Shown here: positions 38,746 through 47,836 of the stretch, piece after piece | How positions within the stretch are numbered: position 1 is the stretch's first letter | Layout of the letters: every line of letters begins with the position of its first letter | Assembly: GCA_963716725.1 (NCBI GenBank) | Contig: CAVQUB010000012.1 | Span: 256,001 to 320,000, forward strand | Direction of reading: 5' to 3' | DNA: 64,000 nt | Source: an uncultured delta proteobacterium | GTDB taxonomy: Bacteria > Myxococcota_A > Polyangia > Polyangiales > Polyangiaceae | The notes under the pieces: model-generated | What the model saw: the letters and a program-made list of their open reading frames with translations, nothing else | Told to the model about the DNA's origin: nothing | Database searches by the model: none | Program-made: the position numbers and the translations under genes

Positions 38746-39546
38746 TCAGCGTCCCAGGAACTTCGCCGGCCGTTTCTCCAGGAACGACCCCAAGGCTTCG
38801 CCCAGGTCCTCCGAGGCCAAGAAGGCCGAGTTCCAGGCCGCGACGTAGTCGAGACCATCCGCGACCCGGCGGCCCGTCCCGAAATCGAGCACGCGCTTCA
38901 CTCCGCGCACGGTGAGCGGCGCGTTGCCGGCGATCTCGGCCGCGAGCGCCGCCGCGCCTGCCGCTAGCGCCGTGGCGTCCGTGAAGACCTCGTTCACCAG
39001 GCCCATGCGCTCCGCGCGTTCGGCGCTCAGATCTTTGCCGGTGAAGGCGAGCTCGCGGGCGTGACCCTGCCCGACAATGAGCGGCAGGCGTTGCAGCGTG
39101 CCAAGGTCAGCCACGATGGCGATCTTGGTCTCCCGGACCGAGAACCGAGCGTCGCTGGCCGCGAGGCGGATGTCGCAGGCGGTGATCAGATCGACGCCGC
39201 CGCCGATGCACCAGCCGTGAACGGCGGCGATGACCGGAACTGGGCAGCTCGCGACTTTGGTGATCTGAGACTGCATGCGCAGGATGGTCTGGTGGAGTCC
39301 CATGCGCACGGCGGCAGTGCCGCCCTGCAGCCCGGGCCCGAGCTCGGCGAAGGCCGCGGGCAAATCCAAGCCGTAGGTGAAGTGCTTGGCGTCCGATCGC
39401 AGGACGACCGCGCGCACCTCGGGATCGGCGCTGATCTCGTCGAAGGCAGCGCCGAGCTCCTCGAAGAAGAGCGGGGGCATGGTGGGCTTCTGCAGCACGA
39501 CGCTGATCACGTGGTCGTTTCGTTCGAGTCGGAGGGTCTCGGGCAT
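38746..39546 (-). CDS. Enoyl-CoA hydratase/isomerase (crotonase, dienoyl-CoA isomerase-like)
   Basis: FTYGLDL, PVIAAVHGWCIGGGVDLITACDIR, ADLGTLQRLP. Confidence 0.92.
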   Translation of the reverse strand: MPETLRLERNDHVISVVLQKPTMPPLFFEELGAAFDEISADPEVRAVVLRSDAKHFTYGLDLPAAFAELGPGLQGGTAAVRMGLHQTILRMQSQITKVASCPVPVIAAVHGWCIGGGVDLITACDIRLAASDARFSVRETKIAIVADLGTLQRLPLIVGQGHARELAFTGKDLSAERAERMGLVNEVFTDATALAAGAAALAAEIAGNAPLTVRGVKRVLDFGTGRRVADGLDYVAAWNSAFLASEDLGEALGSFLEKRPAKFLGR

Positions 39547-39566
39547 GGCAGGATGGCGCATACCTC

Positions 39567-40832
39567 ATGCAAGCGGATCTGGCCATCGTCGGTGCAGGGA
39601 CTGCGGGAGCCGCGCTGGCGTTCATGGCTCGAGAGCGCGGGCTGTCGGTGCTGTGCTTGGAGCGACGCGCGGCGCGCGACGCCGGCGCGCGATGGGTGAA
39701 CGGTGTGCCTGGGTGGGCTTTCGACCGCGCCGGCATCGATCGGCCGCGCGGCGACGAGCTGTTCGGCGCAGGCCACGAGCTGAGTCTGCTGGCGGGGTTC
39801 GGCCCGCGCCGCGTGACCATCCGTGGTCACGACGTGCTCGAGGTGGACATGCGCGCGCTGGTCGAGCGGTTGCAGAGCGCGGCTCGTGAGCAAGGCGCGA
39901 AGATCCTGGACGGGGTGCGGGTCTTCGGCTTCGACGGCAGGTCGCTCGACACCAGCGCGGGCAGGGTTTCGGCGCGCTGGTTCGTGGACGCCTCCGGGCT
40001 CGCCGGGGCGCGGCTGCTGGATCAGACTCGGGTCGATCAAGCCGATCTCTGCGCGGCGGCCCAAGAGGTGCGGGCCGTGTCCGACATGGCCGCGGCGCGC
40101 GCCTTCTTCGATCGGCATCAGGTCGCCGCCGGACACACGCTCTGCTTCACCGGCGTGGCCGGAGGGTTCTCGGTGATCAACCTGAGGCTCGCCGGAGATC
40201 GCGTCGGCATCTTGACCGGGAGCATCCCCGGAGACGGTCACGCTTCCGGTCAGGAGATCCTGGACCGCTTCGTGGCTGATCAGCGCTGGATCGGCGCGAC
40301 GCTGTTCGGCGGAGCGCGCGCGATCCCCCTCCGGCGTCCCCTCGACGTGATCGCCCGCGGCAACGTAGCGCTGATCGGAGACGCGGCCTGCCAGGTGTTC
40401 TCTGCGCACGGATCCGGCATCGGCGCTGGGCTCATTGCGGCGCGCATCTTGGCCGACGTCTTGGCATCGGGCCGCAAGTTGCACGCTTACGCCGTTGAGT
40501 GGCACCGTCAGTACGGAGGCTTGTTCGCCACCTTCGATTGCTTCCGACGATTCTCTCAGCGCTTGTCGGAAGCGGATCTCGGTCGGATGATGGCCGTCGG
40601 CCTCTTGGACGAGGTTTCGGCGCGCGCTGGCCTCGAACAGCGGCTGCCGCGCCCGAGCCCCGGCGTGGTCGTGGGGGCGCTGCGCGGGGTCGCGACCGAG
40701 CGCCGGCTCGCCCGTGGATTGATCCCGGCGCTCGCCCGGGGAGCCGCAGCGTCGGCGCACTACGCCCGCTATCCCGAGGATCCGGGCGAGCTGCCCGGCT
40801 GGTCAGCCCGCGTGGCCCGCATCCTGGGCTGA
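39567..40832 (+). CDS. FAD-dependent oxidoreductase (geranylgeranyl reductase-like)
   Basis: DLAIVGAGTAG, VDASG, LIGDAACQV..HGSGIGAG. Confidence 0.82.
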   Translation: MQADLAIVGAGTAGAALAFMARERGLSVLCLERRAARDAGARWVNGVPGWAFDRAGIDRPRGDELFGAGHELSLLAGFGPRRVTIRGHDVLEVDMRALVERLQSAAREQGAKILDGVRVFGFDGRSLDTSAGRVSARWFVDASGLAGARLLDQTRVDQADLCAAAQEVRAVSDMAAARAFFDRHQVAAGHTLCFTGVAGGFSVINLRLAGDRVGILTGSIPGDGHASGQEILDRFVADQRWIGATLFGGARAIPLRRPLDVIARGNVALIGDAACQVFSAHGSGIGAGLIAARILADVLASGRKLHAYAVEWHRQYGGLFATFDCFRRFSQRLSEADLGRMMAVGLLDEVSARAGLEQRLPRPSPGVVVGALRGVATERRLARGLIPALARGAAASAHYARYPEDPGELPGWSARVARILG

Positions 40833-41414
40833 TACGAAGCGAGCGATGACGCCCAGCACTTCGGCGTCCACGTCGCTCTGCGCGCGGTCTGCTTGTTTGA
40901 GCCAGGTCTTGGTGCACAAGAGCGAGTGATCTCCGCTCTCGACCACGTGGATCTCGCTCGGGGCGGTCATCTTGGCGCGGGCGCGGTCCAGTAGATCGAG
41001 CGGGCAGAGCTTGTCGCGGTCACCCTGCAAGAAAAGGATGGGTGTTCGGAGCGCGAGCAGGACTGCGTCACGAACCTTGCCGTTTTGGCCGAGCAAGGGA
41101 TAGCCAAAGCAGACCAGCGCACGCGCTGCGACGTCCGTGTGCTCGGCCGCCACGTGACAAGCCACGCGGGACCCCATGCTCTTGCCGGCAAGGACCAGCG
41201 GGCGCTCGCGACCGGCCGTGGCCTGCGTGATCGCGTCCCGGTGAGCGAGGATCAGCGAGGGCAGCGGATCGGGGCGCTTCGAGCCACGAGCCATGTACGG
41301 GTAGTCGAAGGCGTGGACCTCGCCGAGCGTCTCCAGCCGCGCGCGCCAGGCTCGCATCCAGGCGGAGGAGGACGGGGCGCCGGCGCCATGCGCCAAGACG
41401 ATCAGCGGTTGCAC
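40803..41414 (-). CDS. Alpha/beta hydrolase (KANL3/Tex30-like)
   Basis: LAHGAGA, FDYPYM, GKSMGSR, GYPL, QGDRD, GDHS; GTG start at 41414. Confidence 0.85.
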   Translation of the reverse strand: MQPLIVLAHGAGAPSSSAWMRAWRARLETLGEVHAFDYPYMARGSKRPDPLPSLILAHRDAITQATAGRERPLVLAGKSMGSRVACHVAAEHTDVAARALVCFGYPLLGQNGKVRDAVLLALRTPILFLQGDRDKLCPLDLLDRARAKMTAPSEIHVVESGDHSLLCTKTWLKQADRAQSDVDAEVLGVIARFVSAQDAGHAG

Positions 41415-41481
41415 TCGGGCAGCATGGCCACGCCCAGAAAAAGCACGCAACTGCCCGCGAACCCGGACCGAAGAGGGCGCC

Positions 41482-41763
41482 ATGGCGAAGACAGCGCTGA
41501 AAATCGTGGGTTTCTTTTCATTGGCGTGCGCCGCAGCGGGCTGCTTTCCAGCGACCCCGGCCGCGCAGGTGGTCAGCCGCAACGTCACCGCGGTGGCGGC
41601 GGGGGGGCCATCGGAAGTCTGGGTCGTGATGGGCGAGACCGGCGCGCAGGTCGAGAAGGACGGCGTCTGGATCAACAAGGACGCCTACGCCCTCTATCAC
41701 TGCCTTCCACAGGGCTGCAAACGTGTGAGTGAGCTCGAGGGCACTCGGATCACGAAGCGCTGA
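41482..41763 (+). CDS. Small lipoprotein
   Basis: Lipobox AAAGC; GAGGG upstream; Cys pair near the C-terminus. Confidence 0.6.
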   Translation: MAKTALKIVGFFSLACAAAGCFPATPAAQVVSRNVTAVAAGGPSEVWVVMGETGAQVEKDGVWINKDAYALYHCLPQGCKRVSELEGTRITKR

Positions 41764-41773
41764 GGAGGATGTG

Positions 41774-42550
41774 ATGAAGACCCTGAGCTTCGCAGCGTGT
41801 GTGATTCTGTGTTCGTCTCGAGCCTTGGCGCAGGCCTCGCCGCCGCCGTCGCCCGAGGGCTACAGTTACACCCCCAGCGTGGGTGAGGCGCCGCCGGTGG
41901 TGGAGCACGAAGAGGAGCACCGCCGCACCGGTTCGGTTTGGGTGCTGCGAGGCGCCAGCTTTGCGGGTTCGGGGACGGCGGCGCAGGAGTGTGATGGCGA
42001 CATGTGTTCCGACTCGCTCGAGACGACGAAGTACGGAGAGGTTGCATCCTACGCGCTGGGCATGGACTGGCTGTACAGCTCCTCGCGCAACTTCCGGATC
42101 GGCCTTGGCCTCGGGCTGATCCCCGACCTCGCGGTCGAGGAGTCCGGTGAGCGCTTCGAGCTCGGCACTGTGGTCTCGGCCGACCTCGTGCTCGAAGGCG
42201 TGTTCGACCTCTCGAAGAAGACCGCGCTCACCTTGCGCGGCCACGTTGGCATGAGCGTGCTGGTTCCGAGTGGTGATTTGGAATCCGCCGCGTCGGCGCA
42301 GTCGGATGCATGCTTCAACCTCGAACAGAACTCCGGCTGGACCTGCGAATCCAAGTCTGGGCCTTACCTCGGCGGTCAGGCCGGGGTGGGTCCAGGTCTC
42401 TTGGTGGACCTCGGGAAGCTCGGGCTCCGGCTGGACCTCGAGCTTCAGGTCTACTCGTTCCGAACCCTCGAGTTCAAGGTTGCGGATACCGAGTCCGCCC
42501 TCAGGTTCACCGGCGTGCGCCCCATGCTGCTTGCGGGCATCGAGCTCTGA
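41774..42550 (+). CDS. Secreted protein, probable outer-membrane beta-barrel
   Basis: GAGGAGG RBS, signal peptide ending ALA, alternating beta-strand pattern, terminal GIEL. Confidence 0.65.
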   Translation: MKTLSFAACVILCSSRALAQASPPPSPEGYSYTPSVGEAPPVVEHEEEHRRTGSVWVLRGASFAGSGTAAQECDGDMCSDSLETTKYGEVASYALGMDWLYSSSRNFRIGLGLGLIPDLAVEESGERFELGTVVSADLVLEGVFDLSKKTALTLRGHVGMSVLVPSGDLESAASAQSDACFNLEQNSGWTCESKSGPYLGGQAGVGPGLLVDLGKLGLRLDLELQVYSFRTLEFKVADTESALRFTGVRPMLLAGIEL

Positions 42551-42611
42551 GCAGCCGCGGAATCGTCCGCACCCCCCCGAGCGTTGAAGCGTCGAACGGG
42601 CGCAGCGAACG

Positions 42612-44012
42612 GTGCACGATCTCCCAGTCATTTCCCAAAGCAAGTCGCTGCTCCGGGCAGGCGCCCCCTTGGCGCTGGCGAGCCTCGCGCAGACCTTGGC
42701 AGGTACGATCGCCGTGGCTGTGGCAGGGCACTTCGGCTGGCGCGAGCTTTGCGCTGTCGGGCTCGGTGCCTCCATCTTCTTCACTGTCACCGCGTTCGGC
42801 GTCGGCGTGCTGCTGGGCATCGAGCCCATCGCCAGCCGCGCTGCGGGTCGAGGGGACGTCGACGGCGTGCGCCGCGCGTTGGGACAGGGACTGCTGCTCG
42901 CGGCGGGGCTGGCGCTGGTGCTCGGGCTCGCGCTGTTCGCAGTGAGTACAGGTGTTCGTCACGCGGGTGTCGCCCCAGAGCCGGCTGACGACCTGAAGCT
43001 CTACCTGTGGGGACGCCTGCCCGGGCTGGCTCCACACCTCGCCTTCGTCGTGCTCCGGAGCGCCGCCGCTGCGGAGAATCGAACGCGAAGCGTGCTCGCG
43101 GCGGCCCTCGCGGCGAATCTGTGCGTGTTGGCGACGGCGCCTCCGCTCGCCTCGGCCCTCGGCGTGCTCGGCGTCGGGCTTGCCGAGAGCGCGGGAGCGG
43201 TGGTGCAAACGCTCGTGCTCGCGTCGCTGGTACCGAGGCCGCGCTTCGCCGGCAGCCTCTCCTTGGAAGCGTTGATGCCCCTGCTGCGGGTCGGGGTGCC
43301 CGCCGGCCTCGCGCTCGTCGCCGAGTACGCGGTGTTTGCCGGTTTGGGGCTGGTGGTGGCGGTGATCGAACCCGATGCGCTTGGTGCTCACCAAGTGGCG
43401 ATGACCTGGGTCGGAACGCTTTTCATGTTGCCGGTGGGATTCGGCAGCGGTGTGGCGGCGCAGATCGGGCGCGCGCTCGGTCGCGGTGACGCAGCCGGGG
43501 CGCGGCGGGTCGCGGGACTGTCGTCGGGGCTCGCGCTTGCGCTGGGAACGCTGCTCGCTGCGCCATTTGTATTGGTGCCGGGCAAGCTCGCGGCGTGGGT
43601 CACCGTTGATGCCTCAGCGCTGGCTGGCGCATCGAACCTGATGTCTCTCGCCGCAGCCGTCCTGATCGTGGACTCGGTTCAGGTGGTGCTGGTGGGCGCA
43701 GTGCGCGGCGCCGGCGACACCCGCTTCGCCCTTCTCGCGAGCCTCCTGGGGCACTACGCGGTCGGCCTACCACTCGGCATCGCGCTGGCGACGCGGGGCG
43801 GGCTCGGCGTAGCTGGGCTCTGGATCGGGCTGGGTGCGGGGCTCACGACGATTGCAGTCCTGCTGGCGTTGCGCTTGAGTCGCCACCGTGAGTTCGAGAG
43901 TGATCCATGTCTGAGCCGCTCACGCGAGAGCTCCTCGTTCGCGCCGTGGAGGGCCCCGCCATATTCCCCACACCGCCGCGCTTTCCCGGCGTCTCCGCCG
44001 CTGCGGCCGTAG
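42612..44012 (+). CDS. MATE family efflux transporter
   Basis: About 12 TMs; ALGAHQVA, LFMLPVG, GRALGRGD, DSVQVV..GAVRGAGDT, GLWIGL. Confidence 0.88.
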   Translation: MHDLPVISQSKSLLRAGAPLALASLAQTLAGTIAVAVAGHFGWRELCAVGLGASIFFTVTAFGVGVLLGIEPIASRAAGRGDVDGVRRALGQGLLLAAGLALVLGLALFAVSTGVRHAGVAPEPADDLKLYLWGRLPGLAPHLAFVVLRSAAAAENRTRSVLAAALAANLCVLATAPPLASALGVLGVGLAESAGAVVQTLVLASLVPRPRFAGSLSLEALMPLLRVGVPAGLALVAEYAVFAGLGLVVAVIEPDALGAHQVAMTWVGTLFMLPVGFGSGVAAQIGRALGRGDAAGARRVAGLSSGLALALGTLLAAPFVLVPGKLAAWVTVDASALAGASNLMSLAAAVLIVDSVQVVLVGAVRGAGDTRFALLASLLGHYAVGLPLGIALATRGGLGVAGLWIGLGAGLTTIAVLLALRLSRHREFESDPCLSRSRESSSFAPWRAPPYSPHRRAFPASPPLRP

Positions 44013-44554
44013 TCGTTCCAGTGCGGATTTACCCTCAGCCGAGCGCGCTCGTCGTCGTGCGCGCGGCCACGCTGGCGGACCACGCGGGAGAGCTCGGCTT
44101 CCCAGGTGGCAAGCCTCACGTTGGCGAGCCGCTCCGAGCGGCGGCTAGTCGCGAGCTCGAGGAGGAGCTTGCGGTCGTCGCGGACGAGGTGGACGTGCTC
44201 GGTGAGCTCACACCTATCCCCGTGGTGACGGGCAAGTACCTGATCACGCCCTTCGTGGGCCTGCTGAGCCAGCGGGCGAGTCCTCGCATCGCGTCGCCGG
44301 AGCTCGCGGAGGTCATCGACGTGCCGCTCGAGCCGCTCCTGTCGGGACGTCAGCGCATCTTCGGTTTCTACACCGACCATGGTGGGGTGCCCTTCCTCCT
44401 GCCGCACTTTCGCCTGGGCGAGCACGTGCTCTTCGGCGCCAGTGCGGTGATCTTTTTCGAGCTCGTGGCACGCCTCGCGCGCGAGCTGTCCATGACGCTT
44501 CCGGAGCTGGTGGTCGAAGACGAGCGACCCTGGGGCACGCGTTATCCCGGCTGA
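43907..44554 (+). CDS. Nudix hydrolase, CoA pyrophosphatase-like
   Basis: HAGELGFPGG..AASRELEEEL Nudix box, ITPFVG, LFGASA. Confidence 0.85.
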   Translation: MSEPLTRELLVRAVEGPAIFPTPPRFPGVSAAAAVVVPVRIYPQPSALVVVRAATLADHAGELGFPGGKPHVGEPLRAAASRELEEELAVVADEVDVLGELTPIPVVTGKYLITPFVGLLSQRASPRIASPELAEVIDVPLEPLLSGRQRIFGFYTDHGGVPFLLPHFRLGEHVLFGASAVIFFELVARLARELSMTLPELVVEDERPWGTRYPG

Positions 44555-44556
44555 GA

Positions 44557-45342
44557 TCAGGGGCTCTGGAGCGCGGCCTTCAGGATTGCGAAGTAGCGCG
44601 CGCGCATCGGAGCGGGGATGCCGTGCCCCACGCCGGGGAAGGTCTCGAGCCGGGCGTCGAAGCCCCGAGTCGCGAGCGCGCCCACGCTCATTCGGGTTGG
44701 CCCGACCGGGACCAGAGCGTCACTTTCGCCATGCAGCGCCACGATGCGCACGCTGTTCGAGCCGGCGTCGAGGCTTGGCCAGAGTGGCTGGGGTAACGCA
44801 CCGCCAATGGGGATCGCGGCGCGTATCCGCTCCGGGTAGCGCGCGGCGACGGCGAAGCTGAGCATGCCGCCCTGGGAGAACCCAGTGACGACGGGCTTGC
44901 CGAGTGTGGCGTAGCGCTTTCCGAGCGCAGTGAGCGTCGTCACGACGCGCTCAGCTGCAGCGGCGATGCCCGGCGCGCGCAGAGCGTCGTCATCGCTCGC
45001 GCGGAATGGGAACCAAGAGAAGCCGTCACCCCAGGGGTCGGGCGCGCGCAAGAGTACGAAGCGAGCTTTGGCGTCGAATCCCGTGTAGAGTTCACCGAAC
45101 GACTCGGGACGGTCCCCGAGGCCGTGCATTGCGACGACCATCGGCAGCGCATCGCTGGACTTCGCACCGCCGGTGAGCCGTTCGATCCATTCTAGCGTCG
45201 CGGGCGGTGGTGACTCGACGCGGGCGTTGCTCGCCTCGCGGGCGTCGCTCGGGGCCGACGGCGGCGTGCCCGGCGCCGCGGGCGTCGAGTTGCACGCGGC
45301 CACCAGCCCGACGGCCCAGACCGAGAACCTTCGCGTGGCCAT
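44557..45342 (-). CDS. Phospholipase/carboxylesterase lipoprotein
   Basis: Lipobox LVAAC; MHGLGD, GFSQGG, HGESDALVP, GVGH. Confidence 0.85.
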   Translation of the reverse strand: MATRRFSVWAVGLVAACNSTPAAPGTPPSAPSDAREASNARVESPPPATLEWIERLTGGAKSSDALPMVVAMHGLGDRPESFGELYTGFDAKARFVLLRAPDPWGDGFSWFPFRASDDDALRAPGIAAAAERVVTTLTALGKRYATLGKPVVTGFSQGGMLSFAVAARYPERIRAAIPIGGALPQPLWPSLDAGSNSVRIVALHGESDALVPVGPTRMSVGALATRGFDARLETFPGVGHGIPAPMRARYFAILKAALQSP

Positions 45343-45398
45343 GCGCCGGAACCTAGCACCGCTGGTCTTGGGACCTGCCGCGCGGTAGTCTAGCGTCG

Positions 45399-46601
45399 AT
45401 GGCACTGAGCCGCTCGTTCACTTGGCTGTCGTTCGCCATCATCTCCGCGACGCTCGCTTGCTCGGCGGAGTCCGACCAGCCTGGCTACAACGGCGGTGGC
45501 GGCGGAGTGGGCGCCACGTCGGGCGGAGGTGGCAGTGGCGGCGCGCCGATGGGCGGCGGTGCAGGCGGCGTGCCCAGCGGCGGCAGCGGTGGACTGAGCA
45601 GCGGCGGCGCGGCGGGCAGTGGTGGCACCGTGGTCGGCGGCGGCGGTTCCGCCAGCGTGAGTTGCTTCCCGATGCCCGCGTGCGACGCCCCGCTGCCCAC
45701 CTTCACCAAGCGCCCGTGGAAGCACTCGGTGGCGAGCCCCGTGATCGTGGCCACCGGATTCGCCAATCACCGCGGCCGCGATCTCATTCTTCCGCCGGGC
45801 ATGGATCAGTGGGTGCTCGGAAAAACTGCCTACGGCGTCACGGACAAGGATCTCAAGGACGAAGAGGTCGACATTTGGCTCAACCGCGGGTGCGGGGCGA
45901 CCTGGGACAAGCTCGGGACCGTGCTCACGACCAACGACGGCCAGCACCCGACCGTCGAGGGGGCCGAAGACACCGGCGGCCGCGTCTACTTCAAGATCCC
46001 CTCATCGAGCGCCCTCGGCATCGGTCGGCATCGCATCCACATGGTCGTGGCGGGGGATCTCTCCGGGACCGACCAGTACATCGAGATCGCGCCGCCGGGC
46101 ACCACCTACTTCATCACGGACGTGGACGGCACGCTCACCAGCAAAGAGACCGAAGAGTACGGCGCGTTGCTCACCGGTGCGGTCTCCGACCCCAACCCGG
46201 ACGCGGGCAAGGCGCTCAGCCTGCTGGCACAGAAGGCGTTTCGCCCCTTCTATCTGACGGCGCGCCCGGAGTTCTTGGTGGGACGGACCCGGGAGTTCGT
46301 CGACGTCAAGGGCTTCCCTCTCGGTCCGGTCCACACCACCTTTGCCTTCGGCGCGACCGGCGGCGCCGCGGTCGCCTTCAAGAAGGGCGAGATCGACGAG
46401 CTCCAGGGGCGCGGATTCAAGGTCGCCTACGCGTTCGGCAATACCGACTCCGACGCGGACTCGTTCTTCTTGGCGGGCATCAAGCCCGACGACCACCGCA
46501 TCTTCTTCCAGTACACCGACACCGCGAACGGGGGCCGCCGCATCGAGGCCTACACGGAGCTCTTGGGCGAGTTTGGTGCCCTGAGCAAGCCCTGCCAGTA
46601 G
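45399..46601 (+). CDS. Lipoprotein with LNS2/PITP (Nir2/RdgB C-terminal-like) HAD domain
   Basis: Lipobox TLAC, Gly-rich linker; NHRGRD, LGIGRHRIHMVVAGD, TDVDGTLT, YLTARP, AFGNTDSD. Confidence 0.75.
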   Translation: MALSRSFTWLSFAIISATLACSAESDQPGYNGGGGGVGATSGGGGSGGAPMGGGAGGVPSGGSGGLSSGGAAGSGGTVVGGGGSASVSCFPMPACDAPLPTFTKRPWKHSVASPVIVATGFANHRGRDLILPPGMDQWVLGKTAYGVTDKDLKDEEVDIWLNRGCGATWDKLGTVLTTNDGQHPTVEGAEDTGGRVYFKIPSSSALGIGRHRIHMVVAGDLSGTDQYIEIAPPGTTYFITDVDGTLTSKETEEYGALLTGAVSDPNPDAGKALSLLAQKAFRPFYLTARPEFLVGRTREFVDVKGFPLGPVHTTFAFGATGGAAVAFKKGEIDELQGRGFKVAYAFGNTDSDADSFFLAGIKPDDHRIFFQYTDTANGGRRIEAYTELLGEFGALSKPCQ

Positions 46602-46652
46602 CCCCTTGCCTCGCCAAGTCGGGGCACTGGCATTACGTTGGCCGCACCTCTG

Positions 46653-47780
46653 ATGAAGCTGTCTTGGCGGATCGTCACCGTGCGGGGGATCCCGATCCGC
46701 GTCCACGCCACGTTTCTGTTCGTGGTGGTGCTCGGAGCAGTGGAGTGGGGGATGTCGCACGGAACGAAGGGAGCGCTATTCGGAGCGCTCCTGGTGTGCT
46801 TGCTCTTCGCGTGCGTTGCGCTGCACGAGCTCGGACACAGCCTGGTCGCGCAGCGCTTCGGGGTTTCGGTTCGAGAGATCTTGCTGTTGCCCATTGGCGG
46901 GGTCGCCCGCCTGGGCCGGGAGCCAAAGACCGCGCTGCACGAGCTGTTGATCGCGGTGGCCGGACCGCTGGTGAACGTGGTCTTGGCCGTGCTCTTGGTT
47001 CTCGGGGCACTCGTGGTCGCGGGGCCGGTCTGGGTGTCAGAGGGCGGGATGATGAGAGCGCTGATGGCTCCGCCGGCGCTCGCGACCCTGGTGGCGGTGC
47101 TGACCGCGGCCAACATAGCTCTGGCTGTCTTCAACATGATCCCGGCGCTGCCCATGGACGGCGGCCGCGTGCTGCGCGCCGTCCTGAGCTTCTTTCTCGG
47201 CCGCCTCCGCGCGACGAGTATCGCCGCCACCGTGGGACAGCTCTTGTCGGCGACGCTCGCGGCCATCGGACTCTTGAGCGCGAACATCATCTTGGTCCTG
47301 ATCGGAGTCTTCGTGTTCATGGGTGCCGCGCAAGAGCGAACGACAGCGAAGATCTTGGCTTCGCTCGCCGGGCTCAACGCCGCGGATGCAGTGGACCCGC
47401 ACGCGCACCGCCTCGAGCCCGGTGAGATGCTCGCGGGCGCCATGCAGTACGCGCTGCGCTCGTCTCAGCCGCACTACGCGGTGGTCTTGGGCGAGCGCTT
47501 GGTGGGCACCCTCGGACGCGACGAGATTTTGGAAGCGGTCCGCCGCCAGGGTCCCATGACCTTCGTGGCGGGCGTGATGAGTCGGGACGTCGACGAGGTC
47601 GCGGCGACCGAGCCGCTCGCCGAGGTCCGGACGCGCCTGATTGAGCGCGGTGGCCGGCCCCTGGTGGTGCGATCGTCCGACGGAATCGTGGGACTGATCG
47701 CGCTGGAAGACGTGGCGAGAGCGGCAGGGATGGCCGACTTGCTCCACCACTTCGCTGGACCCCGGGAAACCATGCGTTGA
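46653..47780 (+). CDS. Site-2 protease (M50) with CBS domains
   Basis: LHELGHS, IAVAGPLVN, FNMIPALPMDGGR; C-terminal CBS pair. Confidence 0.92.
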   Translation: MKLSWRIVTVRGIPIRVHATFLFVVVLGAVEWGMSHGTKGALFGALLVCLLFACVALHELGHSLVAQRFGVSVREILLLPIGGVARLGREPKTALHELLIAVAGPLVNVVLAVLLVLGALVVAGPVWVSEGGMMRALMAPPALATLVAVLTAANIALAVFNMIPALPMDGGRVLRAVLSFFLGRLRATSIAATVGQLLSATLAAIGLLSANIILVLIGVFVFMGAAQERTTAKILASLAGLNAADAVDPHAHRLEPGEMLAGAMQYALRSSQPHYAVVLGERLVGTLGRDEILEAVRRQGPMTFVAGVMSRDVDEVAATEPLAEVRTRLIERGGRPLVVRSSDGIVGLIALEDVARAAGMADLLHHFAGPRETMR

Positions 47781-47836
47781 AACGCCCGAGGCCCTCGTTC
47801 TAAGGTCCCGGCCGGCCAGGGAGGGCCGTCCGACTC

